A stretch of 64,000 bases of DNA from contig CAYUZS010000003.1 in the NCBI GenBank assembly GCA_964448705.1, forward strand, positions 9,384 to 73,383. The letters are read 5' to 3'. Made by a program: the position numbers and the translations under genes. Shown in pieces: positions 56,556 through 64,000 of this stretch (positions are counted from its first letter, which is position 1; each line of letters starts with the position of its first letter). This DNA is from an uncultured Gammaproteobacteria bacterium. GTDB lineage: Bacteria; Patescibacteriota; Microgenomatia; UBA12405. The notes under the pieces are model-generated. The model had not been told where the DNA came from. It saw only the letters and a program-made list of their open reading frames with translations, and ran no database searches.

Positions 56556-59274
56556 TATTTTTTAAAATCATTTTTAACCATATCGCCATACTAACCCAGG
56601 AAAAAATAACCCCGATTCCGTTTGTTTTCCAGCCAAAATTGTGCCAAAAAATCAGCTCTGTCACCATCACCGCCATTATTAATAGTGTAAATATCCATTG
56701 GCTAAACAAGAGCATTATTTTTAATAGTGATTTTTTAGTTTTTTCTTCCGGAGTATAAGTCTTATCCATTTCCAAATTGATATCTCCGGCCATTATCCCT
56801 TCCGGAGTAAAATCATACATCGGAGTCGGTTCATAACCCTCCTTAACTGCCGTCAATTTATAACTTTTGGCCGGTTTAATTTTTAGAAGAAATTCACCCA
56901 AATCATTTGTCATCCCTTTTCCGATAATCTTGTTTAAGCCGTCATCGACCAGGTAAACTTTAGCGTTTCCGATCGGCTTTTGAAAGTCTGTATCCAGCAC
57001 CGTCCCTTGTAGAAATTTTTGCTTTGGGTTAATTTTTTTTCTAAGGATAGAAAATATTTTTTTTGGCAGCAGCCACCAATAAACTTTTGTTTTTCTTACT
57101 CCCCACCACCACATCAACACTGCTAATTCACACCCTGTCAACAAGTTAACTAATTTTAAAAACCTTCTCGAAGTCATCAAATCGTCAATAAATTGTTTGG
57201 AAAAGAAATACACATCACCGGCAATTTTTCCCAAATACTTTAGTCTTTGTCCGATTGCTGTCCTCTCCTTTCTTAATATTACCGTCGGTATTTTTTCATT
57301 TTCACCAAAACCAATTGTAAAATCCTGCTGCTCGTTGCTATAACCAATCTCATTCACCACTACCCGATAAGTCCCTTTCGGAAAAATAGCTTTCACTTCT
57401 CCATTTGATTGTGTAAAGACCGGATTTTGAATTCCAAAAGTTTCAGGGCTAATTAAGACAAACATTTTTTTATCGTTGTTATACATATAAAATTCAACCT
57501 TGGCATTTTCTATCGGCAAACCCATCTCGTCTGTCACTTTTAATGGAGATATTACCCTAAGATTGGCGATGCTTTCTTCAGTAATATTTCCGTCCATATC
57601 TTCAATCCTGATCAAAATCTCATAATAACCCACAGTTTCAGGACTTTTAAGATGTCCCACAAACCCCAAACCATCAACCTGTATCAAACTCACTTCTGTC
57701 CAGTTCGGTTCAAATCCATAAACTGAACTTATACCCAGCACCTGTGAATTTCTAACCATCACTTTTACCTGTTTAATTTTTTCCGGATTATTCAAGTTAA
57801 TTCTCAGAACATAATCCTGATCTCTGGTTAAAATTATTTTGTTTTCCGAATCCTCGTTTGTTTTTGAGTCCAATAGCACGTTGTTCTCCACTCCAATGAG
57901 AATAGATTTTTTGTCCACTTTCAGCTGACTCTCCGTTTTTGCTGTCTGAAAAGTATAGTTTTCAGAAACGACTGTCTCTCCCTCTTCACCGGTGGCTTCG
58001 ATGGTGAAAAAATAAACTGTTCCCGCTTTTAAATTATCAATCTTGATTCTGTTTATTTTTGCCGTCACCGCCGCTATCAAAGTCTTGTCCATTTTTTTTA
58101 ATGATGTTCCGTAGCTTATTTTTAATGATTCCGGTTTAATATTTGTTTTTACTTCTATTTCCACCGACTCTGTCGATAAACCGACAATTTCTATTTTTTC
58201 AATATTTATTTTTTGTGATAATGGTAGTTGCGTTGGCATTACTTTTGCCTCAGTCGGTTGTACCGTCGTTTTTTCCGGAATCGGAGTGATTATTTTTTTT
58301 GGTTGGTAGGTATTCACCACCTCATCACCCAATGTAATTATATTTGCCCCATTTAAAGTTGCCTTTACCACAAATGAGACTTTATTATTTCCCATATAAC
58401 TGCTGCCTGTTTTTAGTTTAAAACTAAGAAGTTGATCGCTTAGTTCTGCCGGAAAGGAATTGATTGTCCAGCTTATTTTTCTATTTATCGGATCTATCAC
58501 CGGTTCCACCCCGCCCCAGGCAGTTGATCCGCTGCCGATAACATAATCAACAACTTCCACCGTTGGCACCGGCGATCCTTCAATCGTTCCCAAACTCCAT
58601 TCCGCCGACACCACTAAAGGTTTAGTTGAATTTAATAAATATGAACCATAAGTAATGGTATATTCAATTTCTTCTCCGTCTTCCAAATCATAGTTTTTGT
58701 CGCTTTCAATTTTTAATTGAAAATCATTCTCCTTTGCCCCCACTTTTCCGGTCACTGTCACCTCATCATTTTTAATCACCGCTAATTTAACTTCCGACAT
58801 TTCCAATTGGCTGCCATTATTCAATGTTGCCGCCTGCCATTTATACGCTGCTCCGTCTCCAGAAACAGGATTTGTCCCGATTCCTCCGGTAATGTAAAAA
58901 CCATAAGTAGTCTGGTTATTCAGGTCGTTACTGGAAAAATATAAATTGTTACCGAAAACTCCATTCAAATTTGATCCCGGCCAAGCCGTCACTCCCGCCG
59001 GTAACCCTGCGGTGCTTATTGCCAAACTGCTTGCCGTTACTGTCCAACCATCCCCAATTTTCAACATTAATCCGTCTTCACTTTGATTATTTCCCGTTTT
59101 AACAGTCACCAAAATCGGAAGAGGGGATTGGTTTTCAGCCATCCTTTCCGGCCTTATCGTCATCTCTTCCAGGCCTCCGGCTCTCACTGTCTGAAAGCTT
59201 GTCAAAAAAAATACTCCTAAAAACAGTAAGCTTAACCACATTTTCCTCATCAATATCAGTTTAATATAATTCAT
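56545..59274 (-). CDS. Large surface protein (909 aa) with FN3-like and carboxypeptidase-regulatory-like (transthyretin-fold) domains and C-terminal transmembrane helices
   Basis: Signal peptide; YTFQTAKT FN3-like block; two segments resembling CarboxypepD_reg (…GNAKVYLVDD…TNDLGEFLL…); Trp-rich transmembrane segments near the C-terminus (LMWWWGV, IFWHNFGW); TATTAT 6 nt before the ATG. Confidence 0.6.
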   Translation of the reverse strand: MNYIKLILMRKMWLSLLFLGVFFLTSFQTVRAGGLEEMTIRPERMAENQSPLPILVTVKTGNNQSEDGLMLKIGDGWTVTASSLAISTAGLPAGVTAWPGSNLNGVFGNNLYFSSNDLNNQTTYGFYITGGIGTNPVSGDGAAYKWQAATLNNGSQLEMSEVKLAVIKNDEVTVTGKVGAKENDFQLKIESDKNYDLEDGEEIEYTITYGSYLLNSTKPLVVSAEWSLGTIEGSPVPTVEVVDYVIGSGSTAWGGVEPVIDPINRKISWTINSFPAELSDQLLSFKLKTGSSYMGNNKVSFVVKATLNGANIITLGDEVVNTYQPKKIITPIPEKTTVQPTEAKVMPTQLPLSQKINIEKIEIVGLSTESVEIEVKTNIKPESLKISYGTSLKKMDKTLIAAVTAKINRIKIDNLKAGTVYFFTIEATGEEGETVVSENYTFQTAKTESQLKVDKKSILIGVENNVLLDSKTNEDSENKIILTRDQDYVLRINLNNPEKIKQVKVMVRNSQVLGISSVYGFEPNWTEVSLIQVDGLGFVGHLKSPETVGYYEILIRIEDMDGNITEESIANLRVISPLKVTDEMGLPIENAKVEFYMYNNDKKMFVLISPETFGIQNPVFTQSNGEVKAIFPKGTYRVVVNEIGYSNEQQDFTIGFGENEKIPTVILRKERTAIGQRLKYLGKIAGDVYFFSKQFIDDLMTSRRFLKLVNLLTGCELAVLMWWWGVRKTKVYWWLLPKKIFSILRKKINPKQKFLQGTVLDTDFQKPIGNAKVYLVDDGLNKIIGKGMTNDLGEFLLKIKPAKSYKLTAVKEGYEPTPMYDFTPEGIMAGDINLEMDKTYTPEEKTKKSLLKIMLLFSQWIFTLLIMAVMVTELIFWHNFGWKTNGIGVIFSWVSMAIWLKMILKNNDE

Positions 59275-59294
59275 TTTTATATAATAGAGTTATT

Positions 59295-59591
59295 ATGCGC
59301 ACCACCGCTCCCGCTCCGCTTTCCGAAACGCTTTTCAAAATGAGCGAATTAATGGAAAAAAGAAAAAAATATATCAAAAACGAATTTCAGGCTTTCGGTC
59401 TGCAGTTAGCCGAAGAGCTTGATGATTGGAAAAACAAATCTCTTTATATTCGTCTGGCCAAAAATACTCCCCGAAAAACTCTGGAAAAAGCCCTTTATTT
59501 TGTGAAGGACCAAAATCGAAACACTATCAAATCAAAAGCTAAATTATTTATGTGGAAATTGAAAGAATTAAATCGATTGGATACTCCTTGA
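59295..59591 (+). CDS. Hypothetical small basic protein (98 aa)
   Basis: ORF divergent from the surface-protein operon and directly upstream of the Fur-family gene; no motif. Confidence 0.35.
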   Translation: MRTTAPAPLSETLFKMSELMEKRKKYIKNEFQAFGLQLAEELDDWKNKSLYIRLAKNTPRKTLEKALYFVKDQNRNTIKSKAKLFMWKLKELNRLDTP

Positions 59592-59617
59592 CAAACGCAA
59601 CTGGGTTGCAGTAATAT
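59588..59617 (+). promoter_or_regulatory. Sigma-70-like promoter TTGACA-N18-TAATAT with an embedded perfect palindrome GCAAC-TGG-GTTGC (candidate operator) upstream of the Fur-family gene
   Basis: TTGACA 59588-59593, palindrome 59597-59609, TAATAT 59612-59617, GTG start at 59628. Confidence 0.45.
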
Positions 59618-59627
59618 ACCTATTATT

Positions 59628-60017
59628 GTGTTTCCACTTAATTGTCGTCATACTAAAATTCGTCGTGATCTTTTAAAGGTTTTAACAAAATCTAAAAAAC
59701 CAAGAACTGCTTCCGACATCCTTTCCTGCCTTAAAAAGGACTATCCGACAATCAATAAAAGCACAGTCTATCGGCAATTAGATTTTTTATCCGAAAAACA
59801 ATTTCTCACCGCTTTGGAAATTAACGGTCGAAAACACTTCCTTCTCGAACAAAAACATCCTCATGTTGTTCTTGTTTGCACTCTCTGTAAAAAAGTCTTT
59901 CCTGCTGACGGCAATTTTCTTTCCGCCAAAGTTAAACAAATTGTTTCCGAAAACAATTTTCAAATTAAAAATTATTCATTAGTGCTAATTGGTAAATGCC
60001 AATATTGCCAAAAATAA
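59628..60017 (+). CDS. Fur-family metalloregulator (Fur/Zur/PerR-like)
   Basis: GTG start; winged-helix N-domain; HPHVVLVCTLCKKV (HHxxxC..C) and C-terminal CQYCQK metal sites; 129 aa. Confidence 0.8.
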   Translation: MFPLNCRHTKIRRDLLKVLTKSKKPRTASDILSCLKKDYPTINKSTVYRQLDFLSEKQFLTALEINGRKHFLLEQKHPHVVLVCTLCKKVFPADGNFLSAKVKQIVSENNFQIKNYSLVLIGKCQYCQK

Positions 60018-60042
60018 TATGATTATCGGTATAATCAAAGGT

Positions 60043-61083
60043 ATGAAAACCAAATTTAAATTTACAGTTTTAGTGGCCCTAGCCATTGTTCTTTTTATAG
60101 GCTTGAATTTTGTAACTGCCACCGGTGCTCAAAACACCGAAACTCTCAAATATAACCCTAAAAAAAGCACTCTCTACACTCCAAAAGTTGAGAATATTCA
60201 AAACGTTTTAACTATCGCCGGATCCGTTGACACCGATCGGGCCGCCGCTCTCCGTTTTCAAAATTCCGGAAAACTGGTCTGGGTAGGAGTTAAAGTTGGA
60301 GACAAAGTTAAAAGAGGTCAGGCAATTGCCAGTCTCGATAAAGAACAGCTTCGTAAAAATCTTCAGACACAATATAACAACTATCGCACTAATCTCAGTC
60401 AATTTTGGGACACTCAGGACAAATATAAAGACACTATTGTTTCTGACACTATCAAAAGAATTTTGGACAGAACTCAATATTCTTTGGATAATTCGGTTAT
60501 TAACTATGAAATCTCCGATATGGCCATTAAGGAATCAACTTTGGTTAGTCCTATTGACGGCATCGTTGTTGCTGTCGACCAGCCTCTCGCCGGTACCAAC
60601 ATCACTCCTGCCGGTGCCACCTTCACTATTATTGATCCCAATTCAGTTTATTTTAAAGCCAATGTTGATCAGGACATTGTTAATCAAATAAAAGTCGGTC
60701 AGAAAGCCACCTTAAGTTTGGACAGTTTTCCCGATCAAACAATTAATTCGGAAATCACTTTCATTTCTTTTGTTCCAGTTTCCGGAGAATCATCAACCGT
60801 CTATGAAACTAGGTTCAAGTTACCGGTTATTAATCAGGATTTAGCTTATCGTTTGGGCATGAACGGAGATGTTAACCTTGTTCTTTCTCAGGCTGATAAT
60901 GTTCTCACTGTTCCCACCGATGCTGTCTACGACGACAATGGTCAACCTTTTGTCTATCTTTACGACAAAAATAAAAATCAGCTTCTTCGTCACCAAGTCA
61001 AAGTTGGCATCGAAACAGATACTACTGCCCAGATTATTGAGGGTTTAACTCAAAATGACCAAGTTGCCATCATCCAAAAATAA
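60043..61083 (+). CDS. HlyD/MacA-like periplasmic adaptor (membrane fusion protein)
   Basis: Likely start MKTKFKF (60043) preceded by TATAAT 7 nt upstream (ORF track starts 59989, overlapping the Fur-family gene); N-terminal transmembrane helix, coiled coil and beta-barrel regions. Confidence 0.7.
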   Translation: MKTKFKFTVLVALAIVLFIGLNFVTATGAQNTETLKYNPKKSTLYTPKVENIQNVLTIAGSVDTDRAAALRFQNSGKLVWVGVKVGDKVKRGQAIASLDKEQLRKNLQTQYNNYRTNLSQFWDTQDKYKDTIVSDTIKRILDRTQYSLDNSVINYEISDMAIKESTLVSPIDGIVVAVDQPLAGTNITPAGATFTIIDPNSVYFKANVDQDIVNQIKVGQKATLSLDSFPDQTINSEITFISFVPVSGESSTVYETRFKLPVINQDLAYRLGMNGDVNLVLSQADNVLTVPTDAVYDDNGQPFVYLYDKNKNQLLRHQVKVGIETDTTAQIIEGLTQNDQVAIIQK

Positions 61084-61771
61084 TTCCCCGGTTGTTCTGG
61101 AATTAAAAAATATCACTAAAACTTACACTTCAGGAAACACAGTATTTAATGCTTTGGACAACGTTTCCCTGAAAATTTACGAAGGTGAGTTTGTTTCTAT
61201 CACCGGACCTTCAGGTTCCGGTAAGTCAACTTTGATGCATATCATTGGCCTCTTAGACAACCCTACTTCCGGTGAGGTGCTCCTCAATGGGAAAGACATT
61301 TCCCGTTTTAATGAATCACAATTGGCCAGAATCCGAAATGTTACTCTCGGTTTTGTTTTTCAACAATTTAATTTATTGGCCAAAACCTCCGCTTTGGAAA
61401 ACGTTACCCTACCCTTGCTTTATTCAGATGTTCCCAAGTTGCAAAGAGAAAAATTGGGGATTCAGATGTTAACCAAAGTTGGTCTGGATACCAAATTAAA
61501 AAATACCCCCGCCCAACTTTCCGGAGGCCAGCAGCAGCGTGTCGCCATCGCCAGAGCTTTAATTAATGATCCCAAAATAATTCTTGCCGACGAACCCACC
61601 GGTAACCTTGATTCCAAATCGGGTACAGAAGTTATGGAATTATTCCATCATCTCCATCGTCAGGAGGGGAGAACTATTGTTTTTGTCACCCACGACATGG
61701 ATTTAGCCAAACAGGCCGACCGGATAGTTATCATTAAAGATGGTCAAATAACAATTAATAGTCGTCACTAA
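61055..61771 (+). CDS. ABC transporter ATP-binding protein (MacB/LolD family)
   Basis: Walker [10 protein letters not shown], signature [15 protein letters not shown], Walker [12 protein letters not shown]; 238 aa. Confidence 0.85.
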   Translation: MTKLPSSKNNSPVVLELKNITKTYTSGNTVFNALDNVSLKIYEGEFVSITGPSGSGKSTLMHIIGLLDNPTSGEVLLNGKDISRFNESQLARIRNVTLGFVFQQFNLLAKTSALENVTLPLLYSDVPKLQREKLGIQMLTKVGLDTKLKNTPAQLSGGQQQRVAIARALINDPKIILADEPTGNLDSKSGTEVMELFHHLHRQEGRTIVFVTHDMDLAKQADRIVIIKDGQITINSRH

Positions 61772-61776
61772 TAATT

Positions 61777-62997
61777 ATGTTCAAACCTTCACCCGAAGAT
61801 CTAATCAAATCCAGCGTTCGATCCATTCTTAAAAATAAAGGTCGGACCATTCTTACTTCTTTAGGAATTATTATTGGTGTTACTTCAGTTATTCTTTTAA
61901 CTTCCATCGGCAACGGCTTAAAAGGTTATGTTAATGAACAGTTTGAAAGTTTAGGTGCCAACACTATCTTTATTTCTCCTGGTAAAATTTTTAACAGCAG
62001 TGGGGGATTTAGCCAGGAAAGCGGTAATTTCGTCACCACCAATTTCAGTGCCAACGATATTAATCAATTAAAACGCGGTCTTCGTGGCTCAGACATTATC
62101 CCTGTCTCACAATCTTCTGCTGATCTTCGCTCTCCCAACACTACTAAAAAAGGAGTTGTCGTTGTTGGTTCTACATATCAATATGGTGAAGCCTCGGACA
62201 ACAATCCTTCAGCCGACAACGGTCGGTGGTTTACCAAAGAAGAAGATGACAAGGGCAGTTTAGTCATTGTTCTTGGTAATAAACTTGCCGAAGATCTTTT
62301 TCCCAGCGGCAATGCTCTCGGAAAAAAAGTAATCATCAACAGTAAAAACCTTAAAATAATTGGCATCATCGACAAAAAAGGCGGTTCTTTTGGCGGTCCA
62401 AACACGGATGAATATGCCTTCACTCCCAGCAAAATTGTTTTCGATCTAAATGGAAACCGGAATATTAATACTATTCTTATCAAAGCTGCCGACAAAGATG
62501 CTGTAAGTCAGACAAAAATTGATTCCGAAAAAATTATGCTTAAAAACTACGATAAAGATACTTTTACTGTTTTTGATAGCAGTCAGCTTCTCAACAGTAT
62601 TAACTCCATTATTAGTGTCCTCACTGTCGGTCTTTCCGGAATTGCCGCTATTTCCTTAGTTGTCGGCGGCATCGGGATTATGAACATTATGTTGGTAACT
62701 GTTTCCGAAAGAACCAAAGAGATTGGATTAAGAAAAGCTATTGGTGCCTATCCCCGGGCAATTTTACTTCAATTTCTAATAGAAGCCGTTATTTTATCTA
62801 GTGTCGGCGGACTGGTCGGAGTTATTTTAGGGGCCCTTGGCACCCTGGCCATCAACAATTTCTTTCCTGCTAAAATCACTCTCAGTTCCATTATGATTGC
62901 CTTTGGTGTCTCGGCTATCGTCGGTATTATTTTTGGTGTTGAACCCGCCCGCCGTGCCTCCAAATTATCTCCTATCGAAGCCCTAAGATACGAATAG
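61777..62997 (+). CDS. ABC transporter permease (FtsX/MacB-type)
   Basis: N-terminal transmembrane helix, large extracytoplasmic domain, C-terminal FtsX-like four-helix bundle; 406 aa. Confidence 0.8.
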   Translation: MFKPSPEDLIKSSVRSILKNKGRTILTSLGIIIGVTSVILLTSIGNGLKGYVNEQFESLGANTIFISPGKIFNSSGGFSQESGNFVTTNFSANDINQLKRGLRGSDIIPVSQSSADLRSPNTTKKGVVVVGSTYQYGEASDNNPSADNGRWFTKEEDDKGSLVIVLGNKLAEDLFPSGNALGKKVIINSKNLKIIGIIDKKGGSFGGPNTDEYAFTPSKIVFDLNGNRNINTILIKAADKDAVSQTKIDSEKIMLKNYDKDTFTVFDSSQLLNSINSIISVLTVGLSGIAAISLVVGGIGIMNIMLVTVSERTKEIGLRKAIGAYPRAILLQFLIEAVILSSVGGLVGVILGALGTLAINNFFPAKITLSSIMIAFGVSAIVGIIFGVEPARRASKLSPIEALRYE

Positions 62998-63019
62998 TTT
63001 TTTCTGCTAATATTATTTA

Positions 63020-63583
63020 GTGAAATCAGAACTAAAAATCCATCTTTTGCCTTTAGCCTCTTTTCTAGGTGTCACTATTTTAATTTGGGCTATTAATCGG
63101 GTAAGTTTTCCAAGCTACCTTTTGCTTTTTTCCGGGCTGGCGCTCGGATCTTTTTTTCTGGACGTCGATCATCTTTTGTATTGGTTTTATCTCAGCCCTA
63201 ATCTTGAAGAAAGCCGTCTCGCTCAAATTGCCTTCAAAAAATATGATTTTCGTTCTCTGTTGAAATTATTGGAGTCTACCAGACATCAGCATACCAATAT
63301 GATTTTTCATCACTTTTTTTTCCAAATTATAATGTCCCTGTTTTCTGTTTTTGTTTTCACCAGCAGTGCCAGTGTTTTTGGTATGTCTTTTCTTTTAGCT
63401 CTTAATGTTCATCTCTTAGTCGATGAAATCGAGGATTATCGCCGCGATAAAAAACACCTTCAGGATTGGCTTTTTGCCAGAGAATCAAAACAGCTGCCGA
63501 TAAAATATCTTTCCCGCTACATAGGTGTCTTTGTTTTTCTCACTATCATCTTCGCCCTAATGCTTCTAAAATCAAGAATATGA
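63020..63583 (+). CDS. Hypothetical polytopic membrane protein (187 aa)
   Basis: Several hydrophobic helices; no motif. Confidence 0.4.
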   Translation: MKSELKIHLLPLASFLGVTILIWAINRVSFPSYLLLFSGLALGSFFLDVDHLLYWFYLSPNLEESRLAQIAFKKYDFRSLLKLLESTRHQHTNMIFHHFFFQIIMSLFSVFVFTSSASVFGMSFLLALNVHLLVDEIEDYRRDKKHLQDWLFARESKQLPIKYLSRYIGVFVFLTIIFALMLLKSRI

Positions 63584-64000
63584 GTTCGCTTTCAGCCACC
63601 CTTTTTTCTCAGGCCAGAAAATATTTATCTCCCGTTCAGGATGAACTTACCGCCGATGTCGAAACTGTTCTGGATCGTCTCCAATCAGATCATATTAGTG
63701 ACTATTCTTTTATTGTTGCCCCCATTTCGAAGGCTTACGAAGGTTATTTAAAAGACCTGTTTTTAAAACTCCACATCATCAATCAGGACGATTATGAAAG
63801 CGACCGTTTTCGTGTCGGCAAAACTCTAAACCCTTCTCTTCGTTACAAACGTTTTTCTATTTATCAAAAATTAGCTGATTTCGATGAAGCCGGAGAGGAA
63901 CTGGCTGAAATTTTGTGGGATGCCTGGAAATTTGGCAGAAATGAAATTTTTCATTATTTTCCCAATCAACTTAAAAAAATTACTTTGGATGATGCCGAAA
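63580..64000 (+). CDS. Hypothetical protein, truncated at the window end
   Basis: Hand-translated ATG at 63580 overlapping the previous stop (ATATGA): MSSLSATLFSQARKYLSPVQDELTADVETVLDRLQSDHISDYSF...; open to the window edge. Confidence 0.4.
   Translation, partial: MSSLSATLFSQARKYLSPVQDELTADVETVLDRLQSDHISDYSFIVAPISKAYEGYLKDLFLKLHIINQDDYESDRFRVGKTLNPSLRYKRFSIYQKLADFDEAGEELAEILWDAWKFGRNEIFHYFPNQLKKITLDDAE

Overview
The window reads as a low-GC, genome-reduced bacterium of Candidate-Phyla-Radiation/Patescibacteria type: the housekeeping proteins are compact (trigger factor 273 aa, PheT 630 aa, Pth 150 aa, HolB-like 204 aa), ribosomal and tRNA-synthetase operons are dense, Shine-Dalgarno use is weak, and many -10 boxes sit 6-7 nt before the start codon. 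Coordinates 1-15.7 kb carry core genes: tig, tRNA-Val, an M16 peptidase, thrS-infC-rpmI-rplT, pheST, a class A PBP, recG, and rpmF-nusB-rnc. Coordinates 15.7-18.3 kb are an AT-rich minus-strand islet encoding an HExxH zincin-like protein and three small proteins. It is preceded by a GC-rich structured leader and a ~79-bp inverted repeat that abuts the start codon. Coordinates 18.9-38.6 kb are one minus-strand type IV pilus locus of monoderm type with no secretin: pilB-pilT-pilC-major pilin-(terminator)-pilD-eight pilin-like genes-an O-antigen-ligase/TPR membrane protein-lipoprotein-an 850-aa Cys-rich secreted protein-PilX-like-pilMNO. Coordinates 38.6-43 kb carry holB-like, a Fic-domain protein, ligA, pth and tRNA-Ala. 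Coordinates 43.3-59.3 kb are a ~16-kb minus-strand surface-protein operon. It includes a 1720-aa giant whose gene contains a perfect 1788-bp tandem duplication, a 919-aa and a 909-aa secreted protein, and a four-gene cassette of two C-terminally anchored paralogues plus two Thr/Gly-rich proteins ending in NF. A Fur-family regulator is transcribed divergently, followed by an HlyD-ABC-FtsX exporter. No CRISPR array, rRNA, transposase or integrase was seen.
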